DNA of 64,000 nt from the NCBI GenBank assembly GCA_963844715.1, contig CAWJPJ010000008.1, forward strand, positions 160,001-224,000, read 5' to 3'. The stretch is from an uncultured Phycisphaerales bacterium. GTDB taxonomy: Bacteria > Planctomycetota > Phycisphaerae > Tepidisphaerales > Tepidisphaeraceae. The position numbers and the translations under genes are program-made. Below the pieces are notes generated by a model. The model saw only the letters and a list, made by a program, of their open reading frames with translations. It was not told the origin of the DNA and made no database searches. Of the stretch, positions 31,186 through 41,137 are shown piece after piece (within the stretch, counting starts at the first letter, position 1; every line of letters begins with the position of its first letter).

Positions 31186-32810
31186 ATGTCCGAAGAGCCG
31201 GAACAATTCTCCGCGTTCATCAGCTACGCGTCGGCCGACAAGGTCAAGGCCGACGAAGTCTGCGCCAGCCTCGAAGCGCACGGCTTCCAATGCTGGATCG
31301 CCCCCCGCAACATCCGCGCCGGACACGACTACGCCGACGCGATCATCCACGGCATCCACGCATCCAAATGCCTCATCCTCATCCTCTCCAAAGCCGCCAA
31401 CGAATCCCCCTTCGTCCACCGCGAAGTCGAACGCGCCGTAAGCGCCAACAAAATGGTCTTCCCCATGCGCATCGAGGAAGTTCTCCCCTCCGCCACCCTC
31501 GAACTTTTCGTCTCCTCCGCGCACTGGATCGACGCCTGGAAAGGCAAGCTGGACGATCACATCGCGCACCTCGTCGCGCGATCTCTCCGACGATCAATCC
31601 TCGTATGTGAAAACCCCCGCGCCCCCCGCCCCCGCGCAAAAAAAATCCCCGATGCTTGTCCTGGCGATCGCCCTGGTCGTGATTCTCGCCGCAGCCGGAC
31701 TCATCGGCGCCCGCCTCATGAGCCATTCCCCGCCCCCGCCCGCTCCCATGGTCGCCTCCGTCGCGCAATCCGTCGCCCCCGCGCCGGCCCCGTCTGCCCC
31801 AGCACCGGCAGCGGTAACGCCCGCCCCCGTAATTCCCGTCGTGCAAACCCCAACGCCGGCTCCCGTTGCTCCGATCGCTCCGAGGCCCATTCCGATCGTC
31901 ACACCAATGCCGCCCCCGCCCATCCCCAAACCGCTCGGCTCAATTCAATTAACCCCCTCAGCCACCCCCAACGGCCAGCAGCCCTTAACGGTCTATGAAA
32001 TCTACCGCTCCAACTCCGGCAAATTCGAATACACCTTCCTTTGCCCCCCGAATACTGTCACCATCCGCGCCTCCTACGACGGACAGGGCTATTTCGAAAC
32101 CCCCGCCCGCTCCAGCCCGCGCCCCTATCCCATGACCCTCCAGGATTGGCCCGCCGGCGAAGATTTGCGATTGGTTTTCCGCGACGCCAACGGCAACGAA
32201 ACCGGCCCCTTCGAATTCGCCCACCAGGATCGCCAGGCCATCGTCGTCTCGACTCTCAAATCCGAATTCATCGCCCGCGAGCAGTTCGCCGTCGATGGCT
32301 TTTTCGTCCCCTTCACCCTCCCCTTCACGGATGACCCCAAGCAACAACTCGCCGACGCCCAGGCCGCCACCGACCCCGCCACTAGGCAGCAGCTTCTGAC
32401 TACCTATCGAACCACGCTGCAAAATCAGCGCTATGTCACCAACCAACTCCGCGCCGTAGGTTGCGCGTTCGTCAATTCCGCCCCAACCGTCGCCTCCATC
32501 CCCGACGGGCGAATCCCATTGGTAGATTGGGCCGCCGTGCGAGAAGTCCACATCGGCGACAAAACCGGACAGACCCAAACCGTCGTCCCCGTCAATATAG
32601 ATTGGAATGGCTACCTGAAAGACGGCAATCAATACTTCAACGAAAACCCCGACCTCATCCGCGATCGCCACACCATCTGGAGCGCCCTGCTTCCCCCCGA
32701 CGCCACCGACGTCTACGCCACCTTCATCTTCCGCGACGGCTCCTCCAGCGACGAAATGCGCGTACCGCGTAGACACCACCCGCCTCCGCCCGCTGCCCCA
32801 GCCGCAATAG
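31186..32810 (+). CDS. TIR domain + TM + Pro-rich linker + extracytoplasmic domain protein, indels near 31600 and 32768
   Basis: AFISYAS.D...CWIAPRNI..G.DY...ILILSK.ANESPFVHREV; TM VLAIALVVILAAAGLIGA; likely end VDTTRLRPLPQPQ*. Confidence 0.8.
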
Positions 32811-32812
32811 CT

Positions 32813-33232
32813 CTAATGCTGGTCGTCCGCCCCAGCCGAGAATTCCTCCTGATCTTGAAGGAAGTGCAGCGCCCCTTCATACCACCCTGGCGCCGCCTGC
32901 CGGCAGCGCAGCATCGTGCAGTGGATCGTGAGAATGCGATTGTCCGGCATCGGAATCTCGACGATTCCGCCATACCCCAGCGGCAGCCGATGCCGCGTCA
33001 AAAATCCCAGCCCGCGCCGGCTTACATTGCTCGTAAACAGGCACTTCTCCGCCGAACCCGGTTCGTCGGCATATAGCCGCAAAGCCGCCTTCACCCGATA
33101 CGGCCGGCGCGGCGACTCGCGCCGCTCCTCCGCCCATTGCCCCGCCGCCAGCGCCCCCATGATCAGCGCCACCTCCGGCGGCCAGGTCGGGTCAATTTCC
33201 AACGAATTCTCAGTTTTGCTCTCTGTCGTCAT
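32813..33232 (-). CDS. Standalone PilZ domain protein
   Basis: ERRESPR (RxxxR) and NVSRRGLG (D/NxSxxG). Confidence 0.8.
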   Translation of the reverse strand: MTTESKTENSLEIDPTWPPEVALIMGALAAGQWAEERRESPRRPYRVKAALRLYADEPGSAEKCLFTSNVSRRGLGFLTRHRLPLGYGGIVEIPMPDNRILTIHCTMLRCRQAAPGWYEGALHFLQDQEEFSAGADDQH

Positions 33233-33454
33233 AATCCAATTCCTCTTCTCCAGAGTTTCCCGGTCGCCGCGCAATGCCGGCTGCGTCACCCGAACCGTAC
33301 AATACGCACACCCCCAAAGAAAAATGAAACTCCAAAAAAGGTGTGCACCTGTCCAATAATCGGCAATAATCGGGGCAAAATGAGATAGATTCCCCTGTTA
33401 CATCGTTTATGATTTCCCGGTCATATTCACCGCGGACCAATCGAGGGCGTCTAA

Positions 33455-35544
33455 ATGTCGTCTACTTCATCTACGGCGGTAGTTCCCGCGGCGGGCCGCC
33501 CCGTCTGGCCGGTAATAACCATCACGGCCGCCGAAATCACCCTCGGCCGCGCCAGCACCTGTTCGGTTCCCCTTCTCCACGCCTCCATCTCCCGCGTCCA
33601 CGCCAAGCTCATCCGCAACGGAACGCAAGTTGAAATCGAGGACCAGGACAGCCGCTTCGGCACCTTCGTCAACGGCACACGCATCAAACGCACCCTCCTC
33701 AAAAACGGCGACAGCGTCCGCATCGGCTCCAGCCCACCCTATCGATTCACCGGCGACACCCTTGAATGCGTCCTCGACGGCAGCGGCATCGCCATGCATC
33801 TCAAAAACGTCGCCGTCGAACGCGAGGGGCGCCGCCTCATCGGCGGCATCAACATCGAACTCGCCCCCGATTCCTTCGTCGGCGTCCTCGGCCCCAGCGG
33901 AGCCGGAAAATCCGTCCTCCTCAGCGTCCTCAACAGCACCGTCGCGCCAACCTCCGGCACCATCGAATTCGACGACGGCGTCCCCCTCAAGGAAAACCTC
34001 TCCTATTTCCGCTCCAAGCTCGGCATCGTCACCCAGGACGATCTCGTCTACACCGATCTCACCGTCGAGGAAAATCTCCAGATGGCGGCCATGGTCCGCA
34101 TGCCCGACGTCACCCCCGATTCCCTGAGCCGCCGCGTCAACACGGCGCTGGAATCCGTCGGCCTCCTCGAACATCGCATGAAGCGCGTAGGCGTTCTCTC
34201 CGGCGGGCAGCGCAAACGCGTCAGCGTCGCCGTCGAAATGCTCATGCAGCCCCGCCTACTTCTTTTAGACGAGCCCACCAGCGGCCTCGACCCTGGCATG
34301 CAGGCCCGACTCATGGAAACCGCCCGGGGCCTCTCCCGCCGCGGCGTCACCGTCGTCTGCACCACCCATACCCTCGATACCATCAACTATTTCGATCAGC
34401 TCATCGTCCTGGGTCTGACCGAGCATGTCGCCTCCGTCGTCTACCAGGGCCCGCCACAGCAGCTCCTGGCCACCTTCGGCGTAGGCTCCCTCCCCGATCT
34501 CTTCGATAAACTCCAGGAACTCGCCGGCGAGAAAAAAGCCGAAGGACCCGCCGCCGCGCCTGCGCCGGCGCCCGCCGCAAGCGGGGAATCCGAAGCCCAC
34601 CCAGAAACCTCCTCGCGCCGCGCGTGCGGCAGCTTCCTCCGCCGCCCCCCGAGCCCGGCGCAAAACGGATCTGGCAGCAAGCCAAAGTCGTCTGGCGGCG
34701 AACCTCCCTCAGTCTCGTTCGCGATCGCACCGCGATGGTCCTGGTCATCGCCCAGCCCCCGGCTCTGGCCGTCCTGATCATGCTCGCCCAGAGCAATCAG
34801 CCGATGTCCATCGCGCTGCTCTTCTTCACAATATTGGTCAGCGTCTGGCTGGGCCTGCAGCTGACCGTCCGCGAAGTCGTCAAGGAAAGAAAGCTCTACA
34901 TCCGAGACCGCCTGGCCGGGCTGCACCCGGACGGCTACTTGCTGGGAAAGCTCCTCTTCGCCGTCACCATCACCGCGGGGCAGACTTTTCTGCTCTGGAT
35001 CGTCGTCCGCTTCATGGCCCCCAGCATCGTCAACCAAACCGCCGCCGACGCCCTGCACAACACGTCGGTCATCATGGGATTCATCGTCCTGCTCCTGACC
35101 GGCGTAGGCGCCGGCATCCTCGGCCTGATCGTCTCGACGTGGTGCTCCACCGAGCGAGCCGCCGTGACGTTCATGATCTTCGTGCTGCTGCCGCAGGTGC
35201 TGCTGAGCCGAGTCATCTACGGCGAGCCCTACCGCCAGGTCACTTGGGATCAGGCGTCCCCCTACATGCCTTTCCTGCATCTGGTTAAGGGCGATTCCGT
35301 GACGGCGGACGACAATGATTCGAAGAAGGGAACGAAGCTGACGGTAGCCACCCTGTCGCTGCCGATGCTAACCCGCCCCGGCACGGCTTGTCTGGATATG
35401 CTTTCCTTCGTCCACACGGACGCCCTCAGTGCTAACTACGAAGTCGCCGAGTTCTTCTATCTATTGCTGATCCTCGCCGGCTATGGCGCGGGGGCGTATT
35501 ACCTGTTTCGGTGGAAGGAAAAGACTTGGAACGACATCCGCTGA
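33455..35544 (+). CDS. FHA - ABC ATPase - ABC-2 permease fusion (Rv1747-like), indel near 34620
   Basis: FHA (LGR..ISRVHA..DSRFGTFVNG), GPSGAGKS, LSGGQRKR, LDEPTSGLD, permease REVVKERKLYIRDR. Confidence 0.9.
35467..35544 (+). repeat. 78-bp direct repeat, copy 1 (3' end of the ABC permease gene)
   Basis: 69/78 identical to 36219-36296. Confidence 0.92.
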
Positions 35545-35565
35545 CGCGGGTGGATCAGTGGTTGC

Positions 35566-36105
35566 GTGAGCAAGAAAACCTCCGAAACCTCTCTCATCCC
35601 ACACGAAAGAATCGAGCGATCGATTCTGGTCATCCGCGGGCAAAAGGTGATGCTCGACGCCGATCTTGCCACGCTTTACGGCGTAGCGACCGGAGCATTG
35701 AACCGGGCGATGAAGCGAAATATTGACCGGTTTCCGCCTGACTTCGCCTTTCGACTGACGCCGCTCGAATTTGAAAGATTAAAGTTCCAGTTTCCAGCCT
35801 CGGACGGTCGGGGTGGCCGGCGAACGCTTCCCTATGCCTTTACCGAATACGGCGTGGCCATGCTGTCGAGCGTTCTTAACAGCAAGCGGGCGATCCACGT
35901 CAATATTGAAATCGTGAGGGTTTTCGGGCGCCTTCGTAGACTGCTCTCAAGCCATGCCGATCTTCTCCGGCGACTGGACGAAATCGAAAAAAAATACGAC
36001 AAGCAATTCCAGATTGTCTTTGAGGCGATTCGCCAGCTGATGACTCCTCCGCCGGAACCGGAAAAAGGCCGCGTGGGGTATGAATCGGAGGAAGCGGGGC
36101 GCTGA
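35566..36105 (+). CDS. ORF6N (KilA-N-like) domain DNA-binding protein
   Basis: IRGQKVMLDADLATLYGV, NIDRFPPDFAF, PYAFTEYGVAMLSSVLNS, YDKQFQIVFEAIRQL. Confidence 0.92.
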   Translation: MSKKTSETSLIPHERIERSILVIRGQKVMLDADLATLYGVATGALNRAMKRNIDRFPPDFAFRLTPLEFERLKFQFPASDGRGGRRTLPYAFTEYGVAMLSSVLNSKRAIHVNIEIVRVFGRLRRLLSSHADLLRRLDEIEKKYDKQFQIVFEAIRQLMTPPPEPEKGRVGYESEEAGR

Positions 36106-36116
36106 TGCGTGCGGTC

Positions 36117-36143
36117 TTTGAAATGCCAAATTGGCATCTCAAA
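36117..36143. other. 27-bp near-perfect palindrome downstream of ORF6N
   Basis: tttgaaatgccaa-a-ttggcatctcaaa; 13-bp arms, 1 mismatch. Confidence 0.85.
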
Positions 36144-36218
36144 TCGCCACTTCCCGAGGGAATACCCATCAATATCGCCGGGCCGCGCAAGAAAAGTTGA
36201 GTCTTATCCTTGTCGCCA

Positions 36219-36296
36219 TTGATGCTCGCCGGCTACGGCGCGGGGGCGTATTACCTGTTTCGGTGGAAGGAGAAGACTTGGAATGATATTAGGTGA
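36219..36296 (+). repeat. 78-bp direct repeat, copy 2 (orphan duplicate of the permease C-terminus)
   Basis: Encodes LMLAGYGAGAYYLFRWKEKTWNDIR* versus LILAGYGAGAYYLFRWKEKTWNDIR*. Confidence 0.92.
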
Positions 36297-36816
36297 TCTC
36301 CAAACATCCTGTTTGGAGGCCTCAGACGAAGAACCCTTCGGCCTTGCTCAGGGTAGACAGGGCGGGAGAAATAAATCATTTTCGAAAAAAGGGTGGGGGC
36401 AGGCCGCCGCGGCGACCTGGAACAGGTGAGCAGTGGAGCAGGTGAGCAGTCGAGAAGAGCAATAAAAAAATAAAATCTGGGAAAAAGGGCGGGGTAATTA
36501 TTTTCCTGGGATTTTCGATTCGAACTGAAATTGGGCGATTTTTTTTGGGGAAGTTGTTTGGAGGGCTGGAGTTGCGGTGTTTGATGAATGTTAAAAAGAC
36601 GTGAGTTGCCAGTTGGCCACCACGGCGGCTCTGCGACGAGTTGGCAGTTGCCAGTTGGTCGCGGGGGAAGAGGGGCCATTTGGCGGCTGAAAAGGGCCGT
36701 GGGCGAACGAAAAAAAGAAAATGCATATGTTGGTAGCAAGAAGATTTAATTTTTTGGCGTGCACGCAAGAGGCTGGGGGGCAATGTGTTGTGAGTGGGAG
36801 CGGAAAATTCGGAAGT

Positions 36817-36866
36817 ATGCATTTAATTGAATAAGAGTTAAAGATGCATTTAATTGAATAAGAGTT
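36817..36866. repeat. Exact 23-bp duplication with 27-bp period
   Basis: atgcatttaattgaataagagtt at 36817 and 36844. Confidence 0.9.
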
Positions 36867-37124
36867 GTCGGCGCATTTTTGAATGCGGTTTTTGGAGATT
36901 GAGTTTGGAATAAATAGTTGCCTCTTCGACGTCGCTCAGATCAGGCAGTTGTGGGTTGCCAGTTGCGAGCGAGGGGCGGACGCCGCGGCGCGGGGATGGA
37001 TTGATCGAGCCGTTGGGCGGCAACTTTTCATTGCCGAATCGGAAGCGGGGAACTAGCTGGGTCTCCGGGTCGGTTTCTTTCCTGCGTCGTTTTGGCGGTC
37101 GAATTGTAGTCGCCATTCTTGCCC

Positions 37125-37682
37125 TCAACGGGGCGGGGATGTGGTTGCATAGAACGGCTGAAGCCAATCCGGGTTGATGTCGAGGATTACCCGTCTAGTT
37201 GCCACTTGCACCTCACCTGCTACCCATCCCTTTCCGTGGGTGGTTGGCGAGGGTTGTTGGTAGATGTAGCGGAAGTATTCGAAGGCGTCTTTAGAATCTT
37301 CCAATACGGTTTCAAACTCCATATCGCGTTGTTTTGAATACGCCTTGCCGAGGTCGCTGTTACGCCACTCCTGATAGTATTTTTTGATCTGTGATTGGCG
37401 TAGTGCATCCAGAGATTTAAAGAGTTGCTTGGTGTCGTGGGTAAATGGAGGCGTTTTCTTTTTGTCTATTACGTAAAGAGACTTGAGATAAAGTTCAAAT
37501 GCGAACGCCTCAACCGATATTGTTGGCACCGTGTGAAGCGGCAATATTTCGGGAGGCCAATTGATTTGTCTGAGTCCGTCATCTCTGGGAAGTAACGCGG
37601 CATTCCACTGCGGAGCAAGCAGGGTGGCAGACTTCTTAAATTCTTCCGCCAATAAAAAGATCGGTTTGGGATCGGGAGTCAT
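37125..37682 (-). CDS. HEPN-like domain protein
   Basis: AFAFELYLKSL, THDTKQLF, FEYFRY; AT-richer codon usage. Confidence 0.65.
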   Translation of the reverse strand: MTPDPKPIFLLAEEFKKSATLLAPQWNAALLPRDDGLRQINWPPEILPLHTVPTISVEAFAFELYLKSLYVIDKKKTPPFTHDTKQLFKSLDALRQSQIKKYYQEWRNSDLGKAYSKQRDMEFETVLEDSKDAFEYFRYIYQQPSPTTHGKGWVAGEVQVATRRVILDINPDWLQPFYATTSPPR

Positions 37683-37748
37683 TGAAGTATTCTTGGGAAG
37701 TGATTTCGTGCCCGTCGTAGTGAGCGGCTCAGCAAATTCGCCGCGGGA

Positions 37749-38249
37749 TCAACAAGGTTTTTGTTTTCTCCTCTTTACGGCAGCAACCATGAACGGATTC
37801 ATATCGGGTGAAGGTAACGGAAGTTGTCGGGGTGCCGGTTCCTTTCCACGGACTAAATGGAGTTTCTTATCCACAATCCATTTTAGAGCGAGGAGTTTCC
37901 CGTAGACAGTATTAAGAGATGAGAGCGCGGTTCCGTTATCAAAATCCTCCTTCGTATAGTTCTCAAAGGCGTGACCAAGAAGCCAGTTTGTGTGAATGAC
38001 GTCTCTGTAAGCATGCGCTAGTCGCCGGAGGAATTCAGGTCGCCTATCAAATGTATAGCCATGGAGTCTCGCGTTCTCTAGAAAATCCTCGTTCAATCTT
38101 TTCAGTGAATATCCAGAGCTGAGCACATTCGGGATAAGTTCTTCTTCGACTATCGCTGAAAGATATTTCAGTTCTTCCGAAAGCGCGATTCGCCATGCTT
38201 TGCGAAGCCTGGAGTATTGCCGCCATTTCAAAAAGCATGACCCAGCCAA
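37749..38249 (-). CDS. Hypothetical protein; the start may lie up to ~38326 with an indel
   Basis: 166-aa ORF with an N-terminal hydrophobic stretch and helical body. Confidence 0.55.
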   Translation of the reverse strand: MAGSCFLKWRQYSRLRKAWRIALSEELKYLSAIVEEELIPNVLSSGYSLKRLNEDFLENARLHGYTFDRRPEFLRRLAHAYRDVIHTNWLLGHAFENYTKEDFDNGTALSSLNTVYGKLLALKWIVDKKLHLVRGKEPAPRQLPLPSPDMNPFMVAAVKRRKQKPC

Positions 38250-38569
38250 AGAGGCGACCCCGCCGATTGCCGCAGATATTCCAGAAGAAGTTAGCGGATG
38301 CTCGGCATGCTATCTCGTAAAGTCATTGAAGATTTGGGAGAATTCTGACATGTGATTTCCTCGCAGAAGGCGTCAGACGCCTGAGCAGATCGGATAAAAG
38401 GACGAGTAAAAGGGGACACTCATCAAACCAAAACCGGGCCACCTCGCTAGCCCCCCCGCAAAGAAAGTTGCGGCGGAAAAGAGAGATAGATGAGAGGCAC
38501 AAGTTCTCGATATCCGATTCGGTGCCATGCCAGGAAGGGTCAAGGGCGGAATTCGTTTCGCCTTCAGGC

Positions 38570-39778
38570 CTACGGCCCCGATTGGAAGGTCCCTGCGTCA
38601 AATGGTGCCGGGTCCGCTTTGTTGAAACTGGCGAGCTTGCCATCCCGAATCACACCACTAAAGTGTATGGTCGCTGCCGGATTTCCTAAACTATCGCGTC
38701 CGACCAACTGGTCCCATTCGTAACATGTCGCGGATTCATCGGCACCAGTAATTCGGCCAGCTCTTCCAATTGACGTATTGCATTCGTCCAGCGTCATTCC
38801 AATGGCCAAAGTATGTTGTGCCATGGCCGCCTTAATTGGTTCGTCGGCTGCGGCTTTGGCTGCGGCAGCTTGAGCTTCCGACGCCCGCTCGCTGGCCACA
38901 GCCGCTCTTCTCGCCGCCGCCACATCTGCTTGTGCCTTCTCCAATCGATCTTCCGCCGCCTTGAGCTCGGCACCGGCCTCCGCTACGGATTTCGTCGCAT
39001 CGATGACCGATTGATCCGACGCTATGAGCCGATCAAGGCGGCTCTTGGCGTTTACCTTGTCAGCCGCTGCCTGCGCGCGCCCATCTGGGTTATCGGCGGC
39101 GTCGATTTCATTTTGTGCATTCGCAATCGCGGCTTCGGCGTCCTGGTACTCTTGTGTTTGCGAAAGCCTTTGGATTGCGGCGGCACGAGCGCCGTCAAGA
39201 ACCTGCTGCGCCGATGCCGCCTTCGCCCGAAGTCTCTCTGCCTCATCCGCCAATGACTGAGTGTCGTTATTCTGCTCAAGACCCTTTTCGAGGGATTCCG
39301 CAATAAGGCAAACTTGGAAGGGAATCACAATTTGAGTTCCCTCGCTGGCCGTGATGCTCCATACCGTGCTGTCAGTCGCGGTCAGCGACGCCTCTCTTTT
39401 GGCGACTTTGGCCAGCGCCGCCAACTCGGTCTCGCGGGAATGTATTCCAGCCAGCACGTAAATCTTTCCCGATGTAATGAAGCGAATTTGGACTGGGCTT
39501 GAGACGTTTGAAACGACGAGCGTGTAGCTCTTTCCAATCCATGCGTCGGGGAAATCATCCAACGTGTTGTCGTTATTGGTATGACTCTTTACTCCCTTTG
39601 CGAGTACGCCAATCGAGTAGCCCATATCCTCGGAGAATTGCAGCTTCGCCAGGACATTGGCGCCAAGGTCCGACTGGGCGTTACTTTCGGCCGCTGGCTG
39701 CGTGCCCGCCCCGTCGCCAAACGCTGCTGCCGCTAGGGCTAATGTCGCCACGATCAATATCGTTATTGCGATTCTCAT
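38570..39778 (-). CDS. Secreted protein with an Ala-rich coiled coil and a small C-terminal alpha/beta domain
   Basis: Signal peptide; long heptad region; LAIGMTLDEC..IG...F.DGKL motif resembling SmpA/BamE-like domains. Confidence 0.75.
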   Translation of the reverse strand: MRIAITILIVATLALAAAAFGDGAGTQPAAESNAQSDLGANVLAKLQFSEDMGYSIGVLAKGVKSHTNNDNTLDDFPDAWIGKSYTLVVSNVSSPVQIRFITSGKIYVLAGIHSRETELAALAKVAKREASLTATDSTVWSITASEGTQIVIPFQVCLIAESLEKGLEQNNDTQSLADEAERLRAKAASAQQVLDGARAAAIQRLSQTQEYQDAEAAIANAQNEIDAADNPDGRAQAAADKVNAKSRLDRLIASDQSVIDATKSVAEAGAELKAAEDRLEKAQADVAAARRAAVASERASEAQAAAAKAAADEPIKAAMAQHTLAIGMTLDECNTSIGRAGRITGADESATCYEWDQLVGRDSLGNPAATIHFSGVIRDGKLASFNKADPAPFDAGTFQSGP

Positions 39779-40000
39779 CGCGGTGCCTCAGCCATGATGT
39801 GTTCGTACGATGATACCACAGTGAATATCGGTCAGGCGAGATTTTTAAACTTCCGCAGTCTTGCGATGTCGGTGCACCGCCGACTCTTATCCGTGGCCCA
39901 AAATCTATTCAATGCAAAACATACATTCCCCAAAGTCACATCCACAACCAAAGTGTTACCTTTTGCCCAAAATCGTAACGCACTCGCAAAAAAATGTTCG

Positions 40001-41137
40001 CTACGTCGCGGCCGAATCCCGCGATGGCGAGCCGAGAAAATGCTCCCATTCCCGCGGACGAGCGGCCCAGTCGTAATTCTCGCGGGCAAATTGCCGCTGG
40101 CGGCGAAGGAATGCCTCCGCTTCGCTCGGCTCAGCAGTCATTCGAACGAGTTGCGCGACAACTGCCTCGACGAACAGCCGTCGGTACTCTGGCAGGACCA
40201 AACCCGGCGGGATCAGTGTTGCGAATCCGGCTGTTGTTTCCGGCAAGCCGCCGCCGGCGGTGGTGACGATGAAACATCCGGCGGCCATGGCTTCCATGGC
40301 GGCGATGCAGCTGGTCTCTTCGGTCGTGTTTGGATACGCCAGCACCGATGCGCGGCGGAGGCGGTGGGCGAGTTCCGCTTGCGGGACTACGCCGACGTAT
40401 TCTACGCCTTCCGTTCCGCGGCACTGATCGTAAAGCTGTCCGAAATTGCGCTGGTCTTCTTCGGGCTTAGCCGCGTAGAGGCGCATGCTGGAGAAGATCT
40501 CCAGCCGCGTCCCTGGCGCGCGGCGCGAATGTCTGGAAAAGCCTGGAGGAGGATATTCAGGCCCCGATTGGGGGCGCTGGAATAAACCAGAATCGGCGGC
40601 TTTTCCTTGGCCGGGAGAATGGGTTCGTCCTGTGAGAACAGCCGATGAAACTCCGGCCCGGCGGCGTTGCGTAATATGTGGGACCGCGCGGGATCGATGC
40701 CGAAAACCTTTTGGAACTGCTCGGCCTGCCATTGGCTTACGAAGGCGAAGTCGTCGTAGGCATCGCGCTCGGCGGAATCGCGTAAGGCCGCGAATGACGG
40801 CTGATCATCGGGCGTGTGGGCCCAGAGAACCAATCGTTGCTTTTCGTTTTGAATGGATCGAATCCGCCGGCCCTCGCCGGTGCTGGAGATGAGGACGATC
40901 ACATCCAGCGAGAGGGGCGCGAAGTTGTTCGAGCGAGCATTGCGAACTGGCGAGGTGTTCGACGCCGTCGATGGTTCCGGCCGCGGTTGTGCCGCGATAG
41001 AGGATGATCTGGTGGCCGAGTTCGGCGAGTCCGCGGGCGACGTGCGAGACGGCGGTTTGGGTTCCGCCTAGCGGCGCTTCATCGACGGTGCGTACCGTGT
41101 ATTCTCTTTCGGGGGAATCGAGGAAGGCGATTTTCAT
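40001..41137 (-). CDS. GT4-family glycosyltransferase, 2 indels
   Basis: PLGGTQTAV, LWAH, VSQWQ, YSSAPNRGL, ETSCIAAMEAMAAG (Ex7E). Confidence 0.88.

Noticed and set aside
32810..33076. C-terminal extension of ORF 31607-33076 overlapping the PilZ gene
   Set aside because: Read-through caused by an indel near 32768; the alternative frame stops at 32810, just before the PilZ stop
35467..36296. Diversity-generating retroelement TR/VR pair
   Set aside because: Differences are not adenine-specific and are almost all synonymous; no reverse transcriptase in the window
36850..37167. 105-aa ORF in the repeat-rich tract
   Set aside because: No recognisable motif, includes translated heptamer repeats and overlaps the HEPN-like gene end; not supportable as a CDS
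35566..39970. Prophage
   Set aside because: ORF6N is phage-associated, but no integrase, terminase, capsid or tail genes are visible
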